Assembly (NCBI GenBank): GCA_903862845.1
Contig: CAIOZS010000210.1
Location: forward strand, 2,789-66,788
Length of the DNA stretch: 64,000 nucleotides
From: an uncultured Thermoleophilia bacterium
GTDB taxonomy: Bacteria; Actinomycetota; Thermoleophilia; UBA2241
Direction: 5' to 3'
Notes under the pieces: generated by a model
What the model was told of the DNA's origin: nothing
Seen by the model: the letters and a program-made list of their open reading frames with translations, nothing else
Databases searched by the model: none
Position numbers and translations under genes: made by a program
Shown here: positions 1 through 8,160 of the stretch, in pieces
Position numbering within the stretch: position 1 is the first letter of the stretch
How the letters are laid out: each line of letters starts with the position of its first letter

Positions 1-444
1 TTCCTGCTCTCCATCTCCACCACCGATCAGGCCGGCATGTGGAACCAGTCGGTGTGGAGCGACCCCGAGTACGACGCGCTCTTCGCGCGCCAGGGCCGGG
101 AGCTGGACCCCCAGAAGCGCAAGCAGACCGTCTGGAAGATGCAGCAGATCGTCTACCAGCAGTCGCCCTTCATCCCGCTCATCTACAGTCGCAGCCAGGA
201 AGCCTACAACACGACCGCCTGGACGGGCTGGGTGACGTCGCCGGCCAGGGACGGCGGCGTGTTCTACACCTTTCAGACCGACTCGTACCGGCTCGTGCAC
301 TCGGTTGCCGCCGCAACGACGAGCGAAGGATCGGGCTCGTCGACGCTGGCGACCATCCTGTGGATCGCGGCCGCGGCAGTCGGCGCCGTGATCGTGGTGC
401 TGCTCATCAACCGGTCGCGCCGCCGCCGCGCGGAGGAAAGCTGA
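1..444 (+). CDS. C-terminal fragment of an ABC transporter substrate-binding protein (family 5-like), ending in a hydrophobic anchor. The 5' end is outside the window.
   Basis: The frame is open from position 1. The C-terminal SBP_bac_5-like sequence (FIPLIYSRSQEAYN...GWV) is followed by a hydrophobic helix and an RRRR stop-transfer. Confidence 0.5.
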   Translation, partial: FLLSISTTDQAGMWNQSVWSDPEYDALFARQGRELDPQKRKQTVWKMQQIVYQQSPFIPLIYSRSQEAYNTTAWTGWVTSPARDGGVFYTFQTDSYRLVHSVAAATTSEGSGSSTLATILWIAAAAVGAVIVVLLINRSRRRRAEES

Positions 445-453
445 GGTTCGGCC

Positions 454-1050
454 GTGCGGCGCATAGACTACGCGCTTATCGAGGACCTCGTGTCTCACGG
501 CTCCACGGTCCTCGACCTCGCCTGCGGCGACGGGGAGCTGCTCAGCCGGCTCATCCGTGACAAGGGCGTGCGCGGCAGCGGCGTCGACGTCTCGCAGGAG
601 GCTGTCGAGGCCTGCGTGAGAAAGGGCCTCTCCGTGTTTCACGGCGACCTTGACGCGGGCCTCGCTGATTTTGCCGACGGCTCGCACGACGTCGTCATCC
701 TCAGCATGAGCCTGCAGCAGCTGCGCCGCCCGCGGATGATCGTCCGCGAGATGGTACGCGTCGGCCGGCAGGCGATCGTCAGCTTCCCCAACTTCGCCCA
801 CTGGACGCCGCGCCTGCAGCTCTTTCTCGGCGGGCGCATGCCTTTGTCGCGCGATCTTCCGTACCAATGGTGGGACACGCCCAACATCCACCTCTGCACC
901 GTCAAGGACTTTCGCGCGCTCTGCCTCGAGGAGGGCCTGTGCATCGAGCACGAGCTCTACCTCGGCGGCGTCGACAGGCCGCCGCCGCGGCGTGCCGTGC
1001 TTCCCAACCTGATGGCGCGCCTCGCGATCTTTGGAGTGACGCGCTGCTAG
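454..1050 (+). CDS. metW: MetW-type SAM-dependent methyltransferase (methionine biosynthesis protein MetW)
   Basis: GTG start. Near full-length match to the MetW pattern (LDLACGDGELL...VSFPNFAHW...MP.SR.LPY.WWDTPNIH.CT..DF..LC). Confidence 0.85.
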   Translation: MRRIDYALIEDLVSHGSTVLDLACGDGELLSRLIRDKGVRGSGVDVSQEAVEACVRKGLSVFHGDLDAGLADFADGSHDVVILSMSLQQLRRPRMIVREMVRVGRQAIVSFPNFAHWTPRLQLFLGGRMPLSRDLPYQWWDTPNIHLCTVKDFRALCLEEGLCIEHELYLGGVDRPPPRRAVLPNLMARLAIFGVTRC

Positions 1051-1057
1051 GCGCGGC

Positions 1058-2491
1058 GTGAGCAGCGCATCGGCATCCGGGGCGGGCGCTGAGCGCGATC
1101 CGGACCCCGCCGCGCGCGGTTTGTTTCCCCGCGAGGCGGGCCTTCTCGAGGGCGTGCCAGCATTCGCGCGCTATCTCAGCGTGGACGAGCTGGAGGCGTC
1201 CACCGACCGCCAGCTCCGGGAGCTCCCGGGCCTGCGCGCCTGGGTCTGCGGGCACGATGCCGCGGGCCGCGAGATGCGCTGCCTCGAGGCCGGAGAGGGC
1301 AAGCAGCGCGTCCTGCTGCTCGCCCACGTCCACGGTGAGGAACCGGTCGGGACGCTGCTGATCGAGTACCTCCTGCCGCTGTTCGCCACCACGGACGTCT
1401 CGCGGCGACTCGGGTTCCGCTTGGCCGCCGTCAAGGTCTGCGACCCGGAGGCGGCCCGTCTCAACGAGGGCTGGATCGGCCGGCCCTACGACGTTCTCCT
1501 GCACGTGCTGCGCTCGTACCGGTCCGCCTACGCCGAGCAGCCGGTGTGGAGCTTCCCCGTGGAGCACAAGGGATACCGCTTCGACGCATCGCCGCCCGAG
1601 ACGAAGGCCATGATGGCGGCCATCGACGCGGCTCCACTGGACGTCGTCATGAGCTTGCACGACTGTTCTTTCTACGGCGGGTACTTCTACGTCTCCGGCG
1701 CCGACGACGCGTTGCTGAGAGAGCTGGTCGCGGTGCGCGCGGCTGCCGGCATCCCCGCGCATCGGGGGGAGCCCGAAGTGCCGTACATGGAGCAGCTCGG
1801 CGACGGCATCTTCGCCGCCCTCACGGTCGCAGCGGAGTATGACTACTACGAACGATACGGCGGCGACGCGGTCATCCAGATGTCGGCGGGCTGCGACAGT
1901 GACGAGTACGCCATGCGGCGCTGGGGCAGCCACGCGGTGCTCGCGGAGGCGCCGTGCTTCACCAGCGACCAAGTCGCGGACACCTCGCCCGCCGGTCTCT
2001 CGCGGGCCGCGGCGAAGCTCGCCGGGATCGCCCTCGAGGAGGGTCATGTGAGGTGGCTGCGGGCGCGCTTCGACGAGGCGGCGGGCTTGCTTGGCCCCGC
2101 CGCCGCCTCGCCCTGGCGGCGCGCCGTCGAGGGCTACCTGCGCGACGCGGCCCGTGATCTCCCGGCCGAGAAGGCGCAGGCGCGCAGCGCCCCCGCCTTC
2201 TCGGCCGAAGCCACCGTGGCGCAGCGCTTCGACTCGCTCCACAACCGCGAGCTCCTCGCCCTCTGCCGCCTCGGCCAGTTCGCGCGCCTGCTCGACCCGG
2301 CGGCGAGCGACGTGCGCCTCGCGGCGCTCCGTGAGGCGGCGGAGGCGCGAGTCCGCGAGCGTGTCGCGACGGTGACCGCCGCGGCCGGCATCCGGCCGGT
2401 GCCCATCCGCGACCGCGTTCAGATGCAGCTCGGCGCGCTCCTCGGCGCGCTCGCCTACGCGCGCCGGCGACGCCCGCCGCGGCCGCGCTAG
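1058..2491 (+). CDS. M14-like zinc peptidase family protein (paralog A)
   Basis: HxxE zinc motif (AHVHGEEPVG) and a downstream His (LHDCSFYGGYFYVS). No signal peptide. It is about 35-40% identical to the gene at 9980-11389. Confidence 0.55.
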   Translation: MSSASASGAGAERDPDPAARGLFPREAGLLEGVPAFARYLSVDELEASTDRQLRELPGLRAWVCGHDAAGREMRCLEAGEGKQRVLLLAHVHGEEPVGTLLIEYLLPLFATTDVSRRLGFRLAAVKVCDPEAARLNEGWIGRPYDVLLHVLRSYRSAYAEQPVWSFPVEHKGYRFDASPPETKAMMAAIDAAPLDVVMSLHDCSFYGGYFYVSGADDALLRELVAVRAAAGIPAHRGEPEVPYMEQLGDGIFAALTVAAEYDYYERYGGDAVIQMSAGCDSDEYAMRRWGSHAVLAEAPCFTSDQVADTSPAGLSRAAAKLAGIALEEGHVRWLRARFDEAAGLLGPAAASPWRRAVEGYLRDAARDLPAEKAQARSAPAFSAEATVAQRFDSLHNRELLALCRLGQFARLLDPAASDVRLAALREAAEARVRERVATVTAAAGIRPVPIRDRVQMQLGALLGALAYARRRRPPRPR

Positions 2492-2669
2492 ACGGCGCCG
2501 CGCCCGCCGCTCGCGCGCCATACGGCGGCTTGCTTTCCGCGCCCGCGCAGAGCGGGTACACTAGCGGTACGCTCTGCGCCTCAGAGACCGGCGTGAGCGG
2601 CACAAGGAGCGCACCCCGTCCCCACCGAGCGCCGGCGGGGTGCACTTCAAGACATAAAAGGAGAAGCAA

Positions 2670-3077
2670 GTGCCTCAAGGTAAAGTGAAGTGGTTCTCAT
2701 CGGAGAAGGCTTTCGGCTTCATCGAGCAGGACAACGACAACGACATCTTCGTGCACGTCACCGGCCTCGCCGACGGCGTCACCGCGATCGACAAGGACAT
2801 GCTCGTCGAGTATGAGGTCGAGCAGGGCCGCAAGGGGCCGCAGGCCGTCAACGTGAAACCCGCCGCGGCCCCGGCTGTCGTGGTCGAGGAAGAGGTCATC
2901 GTCGACGACGAGGGCGACGTCGAAGTGATCGAGACCGCCGTCGACGACGAAGGCAACGTCGTGATCGTCGATGCCATCGAGGACGCCGAGGGCAACGTCG
3001 AGATCACCGAGATCATCGAAGACGCCGAGGGCAACGTCGAGATCATCGAGATCGACGAAGAGGCTCAGGCCGACTAA
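2670..3077 (+). CDS. Cold-shock domain protein with an acidic tandem-repeat C-terminal tail
   Basis: GTG start preceded by AAAAGGAGAAG. The N-terminus (KVKWFSSEKAFGFI...IFVHV) is a canonical cold-shock domain. The C-terminal ~70 aa are D/E-rich with repeated units of the form EDAEGNVEI. Confidence 0.9.
   Translation: MPQGKVKWFSSEKAFGFIEQDNDNDIFVHVTGLADGVTAIDKDMLVEYEVEQGRKGPQAVNVKPAAAPAVVVEEEVIVDDEGDVEVIETAVDDEGNVVIVDAIEDAEGNVEITEIIEDAEGNVEIIEIDEEAQAD
2908..3056 (+). repeat. Tandem 36-39 nt coding repeats (4 copies, the 3' two nearly identical) inside the csp tail
   Basis: gaggacgccgagggcaacgtcgagatcaccgagatcatc is followed by gaagacgccgagggcaacgtcgagatcatcgagatcgac. Two more diverged copies lie upstream. 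Confidence 0.6.
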
Positions 3078-3095
3078 GACCGCGAGCTTCTGACA

Positions 3096-3147
3096 GGGCC
3101 GGCCATCGGGGCAGTGCTCGGAGCCCGATGGCCGGCCCTTCGTTTTC
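3096..3147 (+). terminator. Rho-independent terminator after csp
   Basis: A GC-rich inverted repeat (gggccggccatcgggg...cccgatggccggccc) is followed by ttcgttttcc. Confidence 0.7.
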
Positions 3148-3193
3148 CCGGCATCGGGTACCATGGTAAGAGCACACTCCGCGGGAGGCGGGC

Positions 3194-3832
3194 ATGATCG
3201 AGAACATCCACTGGCTTGGCCACGACTCTTTCCGCCTCGACGGCTCGAGCACCGTCTACATCGATCCCTGGAAGCTCGGCGCCGGCGCTCCGCCGGCCGA
3301 CCTGATCCTCGTCACCCACGACCACTACGATCATTTCAACGCGGACGACATCGCCCGCGTGGCCACGCCGCAGACGACCCTCGTCGGGCCGGCGGCGGTG
3401 ACCGCGCGCGTGAGCGGGGTCGCGACGGTCACGCTCAGCGCCGGCGAGACCGCGACGGTCGGCGGCGTCGCCGTGACGGCCATCCCCGCGTACAACATCG
3501 ACAAGTTCCGCCGGCCCGGCGAGGTGTACCATCCGCAGGCCGCCGGCGGCCTGGGCTACGTTGTGGAGCTGGACGGCCGCCGCATCTACCACGCCGGCGA
3601 CACCGACGCCATCCCCGAGATGCGCGACGTACGCTGCGACGTGGCGTTGCTCCCCGTGAGCGGCACGTTCGTCATGACCGCCGAGGAGGCCGCGGAGGCC
3701 TGCCGGACGATCTCCGCCGCCGCCGCGGTGCCGATGCACTTCGGCGACGACGTTGGGACGGCCGCCGACGCGGTCCGCTTCGAAGGCCTCTGCGGGATCC
3801 CCGTCATCGTGCTTCCGCGCGAGCGCGGCTGA
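3194..3832 (+). CDS. MBL-fold metallo-hydrolase (UPF0173-like)
   Basis: It has the THDHYDH metal-binding motif and the family-typical length and layout. Confidence 0.85.
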   Translation: MIENIHWLGHDSFRLDGSSTVYIDPWKLGAGAPPADLILVTHDHYDHFNADDIARVATPQTTLVGPAAVTARVSGVATVTLSAGETATVGGVAVTAIPAYNIDKFRRPGEVYHPQAAGGLGYVVELDGRRIYHAGDTDAIPEMRDVRCDVALLPVSGTFVMTAEEAAEACRTISAAAAVPMHFGDDVGTAADAVRFEGLCGIPVIVLPRERG

Positions 3833-3899
3833 GCGGGGCCGGCGTGCGCGGCGTGCGCGCCGGGGCATCTGACGAGCGTCATCTCTTGAGGAGGGCTCC

Positions 3900-4244
3900 A
3901 TGAAGGTCGTGCGTGCCGTACCCACCGAGAGCATTTCGGAGAAGCTCAGCGTCCAGCGTCTCAGCGAAGCGCTGGGCGTGCACAATCTGCGCGCCAACGT
4001 GTTCACGATCGCCGAAGGCTCCATGTCCAAGCACATGCATCGCGAGCAGGAGGAGATCTACCTCGTGCTCGACGGCACAGCCATGATCGACGTCGACGAA
4101 GAGCAGTTCAAGGTGGGGGAGCGCGAGGCTCTTGGGGTGCCGGCGCACGCCTGGCACAGGGTGGCCAATGTGGGCACCGGGCCGCTCACGTTCTTCGTGG
4201 CGGCCGCGCCGGCGGTCGCCGGCGATGCCGAGATCGCAAGCTGA
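3900..4244 (+). CDS. Cupin domain protein
   Basis: A small beta-barrel cupin signature (HMHREQEEIYLVLDG...AHAWHRVANVG). Confidence 0.7.
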   Translation: MKVVRAVPTESISEKLSVQRLSEALGVHNLRANVFTIAEGSMSKHMHREQEEIYLVLDGTAMIDVDEEQFKVGEREALGVPAHAWHRVANVGTGPLTFFVAAAPAVAGDAEIAS

Positions 4245-4248
4245 AGCG

Positions 4249-4461
4249 CTACTCGTCCGCCCACTCGAGGACCACGGCCTCGTCCGGACAGGCCTCCTGG
4301 GCGCGTTCCACGGCCGCCCACAGCGTCTCGTGCGGTTCGGGCTCGAGGACCTCCGCAAGGCCGTCGTCGCGCATGAAGAAGACCTCCGGGCACACCTGTT
4401 CGCAGGCCCCGACGCCGGTGCAGCGGCCGTAGTCGACGCTCACTTTCAGCTTGCGAGTCAT
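4249..4461 (-). CDS. Small ferredoxin (single Fe-S cluster type)
   Basis: The pattern is CTGVGACEQVCP...C-terminal CP. The start is taken at the internal ATG (MTRKLKV). Confidence 0.65.
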   Translation of the reverse strand: MTRKLKVSVDYGRCTGVGACEQVCPEVFFMRDDGLAEVLEPEPHETLWAAVERAQEACPDEAVVLEWADE

Positions 4462-4575
4462 GGACGCAGTGTACATCGCCCGCCGTTTGGCCCCACGCCG
4501 CTGCGGCAATGACCCGGGGGAAGATCACACGGCGGCGGCGCTGCGCCGGCCGCCGCCCAACGAGAGGAGGGACTC

Positions 4576-5025
4576 GTGCTGAAGGAAGGCGACAAGTCAC
4601 CAAAGGTCACCGGAACGTCATACGACGGCGCCACCTTTGACCTGGGGACGCCCGGCAGGCGTACCGTCCTGTGGTTCTACCCGAAAGCCAACACCGGTGG
4701 CTGAACGACAGAAGCCGTTGAGTTCAACGGCCTGCTGGACGAGTTCGGCACGCTGGACGTCCAGGTCATCGGCGCCAGCATCGATGCGGCCAAGGCAAAC
4801 CAGAAGTGGGCCGCGAAGTACGACCTGAGGATGCCCCTGATCGGCGATGTCGGCGAGCACGAGGTGGCCAACGCCTTCGGCGTGGCGCGGCCCATGGTCG
4901 GCGTGGCCAAACGCACCACGTGGCTCATCGACCCCGACGGCACGATCCGCAAGATCTACCCCAAGGTGACGCCAAAAGGCCACGCCGCCGAGGTGCTGGC
5001 CGCAGCGAAGGAGCTCTGGAGCTGA
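4576..5025 (+). CDS. bcp: Bcp-type peroxiredoxin with an in-frame TGA (putative selenocysteine) at the peroxidatic Cys position
   Basis: GTG start after GAGAGGAGGG. The protein reads VLWFYPKANTGG-[TGA at about 4702-4704]-TTEAVEF...IGASIDAAKANQKWAAKYDL.MPLIGD...TTWLIDPDGTIRKIYPKV. It aligns along its full length with Bcp (FYPKAxTPGCT...). The TGA falls exactly on the catalytic Cys column, and the frame continues for 107 more codons. Confidence 0.7.
4714..4731 (+). other. Hairpin 9 nt downstream of the in-frame TGA (candidate bacterial SECIS element)
   Basis: GCCGUUG-AGUU-CAACGGC has a perfect 7 bp stem. Its loop contains G-U and sits about 18-20 nt after the UGA, similar in placement to the fdhF SECIS apical stem-loop. 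Confidence 0.4.
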
Positions 5026-5028
5026 GGT

Positions 5029-6036
5029 CTACGCCTCGTCTGCGCCGGTCTGGCGGGGGCCGAAGTACGCCGGCGCGTCGATCATGAAGATGCGGCTCGA
5101 CCAGCTCTCGCCGCCGGCCGTAGCCTTTTCGGCGTCGTCGACGGCGCCGATGCGCGCCGTCATGTCGTCGCAGTAGTGCACAATGATGGCCTCGCGGGTC
5201 TGCGGCACCACGGGGCTGCCCTTTTCGCGCATGCCGTGGTGCGACACGATGATGTGCAGCAAGCGCTTGGCGGCCTCGGCGGGAAAGCCGGGGACCTCGG
5301 CGACGAGCTCGCGAACCATGTCGTGGCCGATGACGATCTCGCCGTGCAGCCTGCCGGCGTCGGTCATGAGCGGCGCCATGCCGTCGCTGGTGTAGGCCTG
5401 CGTCTTGCCGATGTCATGCAGCAGCGCTCCGGCGACGACGAGGTCGCGGTCGACGGAGTCGAAGCGCGACGCCACCCCGGCGGCCGCCTCGGCGACGATG
5501 AGCGAATGCTCGAGCAGCCCGTGCCGGTAGGCGTGGTGGTTGCGCACCGCCGCCGGGGCAACGCCGAAGGTGGCGCCGGGCTCCCGCGAGCCGTCGAAGA
5601 CACGCTCCAGGAGGGCACGCAGGTGCGGCTCTCCCACAGAGTCGATGAGCGCGTGCAGGCGTTCGCCCAGCTCGGCGGTGCCGACGGGCGATACCGGCAC
5701 GAGATCGCCGGCATCGTACTCGTCGGGCGCGGCGAGCCTCAGGCGGCGCACCTGGATCTGGGGTCCATACTGCGGGTGGACACTGTAGGTGCCGCCGGCC
5801 ACGACCACGTCTCCGGCAGACACCCCCAGCGCCTCTTCTGACGGGTCAAAGTGGATGCACGAAACCTCTGCGCTGGCGTCGCGCAGCTTGAGGCGCAGGT
5901 AGGTCTTGCCGTTGCGATCGGTGGCCGTGGTCTTTTCCGTGCAGGTGAAGTAGGTGTCGACGGCCTGACCGTTCTCCAGCTTGGCGATGGGCGTGCGGGG
6001 CATCGCGGCCGCGAGGCCGCTGAGCTCGTTGATCAT
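5029..6036 (-). CDS. YhaM-like 3'-5' exonuclease (OB-fold plus HD domain)
   Basis: An N-terminal OB fold is followed by an HD phosphohydrolase motif (LLHDIGK...HH...D). The start has a strong SD (CCAAGGAGAGCAC-ATG). Confidence 0.8.
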   Translation of the reverse strand: MINELSGLAAAMPRTPIAKLENGQAVDTYFTCTEKTTATDRNGKTYLRLKLRDASAEVSCIHFDPSEEALGVSAGDVVVAGGTYSVHPQYGPQIQVRRLRLAAPDEYDAGDLVPVSPVGTAELGERLHALIDSVGEPHLRALLERVFDGSREPGATFGVAPAAVRNHHAYRHGLLEHSLIVAEAAAGVASRFDSVDRDLVVAGALLHDIGKTQAYTSDGMAPLMTDAGRLHGEIVIGHDMVRELVAEVPGFPAEAAKRLLHIIVSHHGMREKGSPVVPQTREAIIVHYCDDMTARIGAVDDAEKATAGGESWSSRIFMIDAPAYFGPRQTGADEA

Positions 6037-6152
6037 GTGCTCTCCTTGGTCCCGCCTAGGCTACCAGACGGCCCGGTCGGGCGCCGAGGGAGCGCCACGT
6101 TGACGTTTGGCAGCGCCGGCCGCAAGGGGCGCCGGGAGGAGAAATGGATCTC

Positions 6153-6719
6153 TCAGACGCCGGGGTCCGACGGCCTCCCCGCGGCCGACGGCTTCTTGTC
6201 GGCCGACGGCTTCTTGGCGGCCCGCTTGGTCGTCGCGACCTTCTTGGGTGCCGGCTTCTTGGCGGCAGGCGCGCGGTGCTTCGTCGCGGGCTTGCGCGCC
6301 GAGCCTGCGGCGGCCTCGCTCGGCGTCTCGGCGGCCGCCGGCTCCGCGGCGATCGCCGCGACCGCCGACTCCGGCGCCGCGGCGGAGTCGGGCGCGAGGC
6401 CGGGCGCCTCAGGGGTCGATGCGGGCGCAGCCTCGTCGCCGGCTTCCGCGGCGCGGCGCAGCCCGGTGATCTCCGCTTCCTTGTCCTTAAGGGCCAGGCA
6501 GGCCTCGCGCAGCCGCGCGGCCGCCGCCTCGAGGTCGGGATGCCCCACCTCCCCGCTCTCGATCAACGAGAAGGCCGAGTGACCAAGCTCACGCTCTGCC
6601 TTGCGGATCTCGTTCTGCAACACCACGGTCCGGGCCTGCGCGGCGGTGATCTTGCCGGCTCGTTCGACGTCGGCGGCCAGCGCGTTGGCCTTCAGCTTGA
6701 CCGTGTCGAAGAGCCCCAT
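6153..6719 (-). CDS. Hypothetical coiled-coil protein with a Lys/Ala/Pro-rich basic C-terminal tail
   Basis: GC3 is high. The N-terminal ~90 aa are helical/coiled-coil. The C-terminus carries AAKKPAPKK...KKPSADKKPS repeats, reminiscent of HU/histone-H1-like tails. Confidence 0.55.
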   Translation of the reverse strand: MGLFDTVKLKANALAADVERAGKITAAQARTVVLQNEIRKAERELGHSAFSLIESGEVGHPDLEAAAARLREACLALKDKEAEITGLRRAAEAGDEAAPASTPEAPGLAPDSAAAPESAVAAIAAEPAAAETPSEAAAGSARKPATKHRAPAAKKPAPKKVATTKRAAKKPSADKKPSAAGRPSDPGV

Positions 6720-6766
6720 CTCGGCCTCCCTCTGTCGCGCCCGGCCAGGTCCGGACGCTGCTGCAC

Positions 6767-7951
6767 TCAGTGTGTCGCTTGCGGGCCGTCACGTCCAGCG
6801 TCCGCGAGCCTCTCGTCGGCGCGCCTGCGACCTCTGACCGCCAACACCGCCAGCAAGCAGGCCGAAACGACGACGACGAGCACGAACGGCAGAGCGTAGC
6901 CGGCCCGGTAGAGCATGCCGCCGAGCACGGCGCCTCCCGCCATGGGCAGGCCCATCACGGCGTCGAAGATGCCGTAGCCCCAGGCCAGCGGCACGCCCTC
7001 GAAGGAGTCGCCGACGATGCCCGCCGCAACGAAGCGCAGGGCGTCGAACGCGCCGCAGAACAGCATCGCCAGCGCCCAGACGAGCGGATTCCGGCCCACG
7101 AGCAGCAGGACTGCCCCGGCCAGCAGGAACGCGAGCACGCCGGCGATGCCGACGCGCGGCCCGTAGAGGTCCGTCGCGCGTCCCATCGCCGGGGTGAGGA
7201 CGGCTGCCCCCAACGCGGCCAGAGAAGAGTACACGCCGAGGGCCGCGTACCCCTGGTGGTGCACCTGCGACAGATACGGGTTGATGAACGCCTGGCCGAC
7301 ATAGACGGCCAGGAACCCGGCGAGGAAGAAGAACAGGTAGCGCCGGAAGCGACGGTTGCGGCTCAGCGACCTCAGGCTCCAGGGGGTCTCCGCGGAGTGG
7401 TAGTGCGTGTCGCGGATAAACGTGGCCGCGAGGGACGAGACCACGAAGAGGGCCGTGCTGATAAGGAACACCTTCCTCATGCCCAGGTGGGCGGCCACCT
7501 GGCCTCCCACGAGCGGCGCCACGATGAGGCCCAGGGGGTAGGCGCCGAGGACGATGGTGAGGTTGCGCGCGACGCGGGAGGGTTCGGACTTGAGGTAGAC
7601 GTAGGACTTCATCGCGGGACTGTTGGCGAACGAAAGGCCGAAGACGACGAGGCCGGGGATGAGCCACGGCCAGCTTGGGGCGAGAAACAGCGTCAGGCCG
7701 GCGGGCACCGTCAGCCACCACACGGCGACGATCACGGGCTTGAGGCGGAAGCGCCGCGCCGCCCAGGCACCGGGGATGTTCCCGGCGGCGAGAGTGGCAA
7801 GCATGATCGCATTGAGCACGCCGAGCGTGAAGCGCGACGCTCCGAGGTTCAGCGCGTACACCCACAGCAGCTGCAGGAAGAGGCCCGCGCCCAACGCGTA
7901 CAACAGGACGGCGAGAGTCATGATTCTGAGATCGCGGTCGAGGTGGCGCAC
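6767..7951 (-). CDS. MFS transporter
   Basis: About 12 predicted TM helices with MFS-typical loops. GTG start with a GGAAG SD. Confidence 0.8.
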   Translation of the reverse strand: MRHLDRDLRIMTLAVLLYALGAGLFLQLLWVYALNLGASRFTLGVLNAIMLATLAAGNIPGAWAARRFRLKPVIVAVWWLTVPAGLTLFLAPSWPWLIPGLVVFGLSFANSPAMKSYVYLKSEPSRVARNLTIVLGAYPLGLIVAPLVGGQVAAHLGMRKVFLISTALFVVSSLAATFIRDTHYHSAETPWSLRSLSRNRRFRRYLFFFLAGFLAVYVGQAFINPYLSQVHHQGYAALGVYSSLAALGAAVLTPAMGRATDLYGPRVGIAGVLAFLLAGAVLLLVGRNPLVWALAMLFCGAFDALRFVAAGIVGDSFEGVPLAWGYGIFDAVMGLPMAGGAVLGGMLYRAGYALPFVLVVVVSACLLAVLAVRGRRRADERLADAGRDGPQATH

Positions 7952-8160
7952 GGCGCTTCCGGTCGGGGGCGGGCGGGCTGATTCTAGCGGCCCGGCGCGC
8001 GCCGCCCTACCCAGGAGGGTGGAGCGCCCATGAGCGACGGGCGGGCGCGCCGGGCCCCGCCGCCGGTTGAGAACGAGGGCCGCATCCGTCAGGCTGTGAA
8101 CGGTATCCGCAAGGTGACGGAGGCGGCGTTCGTCTCCGCTGACGCGAAAGGGTAGGCACG

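Noticed and set aside
902-2521. A 539-aa minus-strand ORF antisense to the M14 paralog A gene
   Set aside because: It is Arg/Ala/Gly-rich with low-complexity translation typical of antisense frames in high-GC DNA. The sense strand encodes a recognisable peptidase.
4618-4983. A 121-aa minus-strand ORF overlapping the peroxiredoxin
   Set aside because: It is antisense to the full-length Bcp homolog.
5851-6582. A 243-aa plus-strand ORF
   Set aside because: It is antisense to the coiled-coil/Lys-rich gene, which has the protein-like translation.
6770-7981. A 403-aa plus-strand ORF and a 358-aa minus ORF overlapping the MFS transporter
   Set aside because: Both are alternative-frame or antisense artefacts (RG/RP-rich). 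The MFS frame shows clear TM periodicity.
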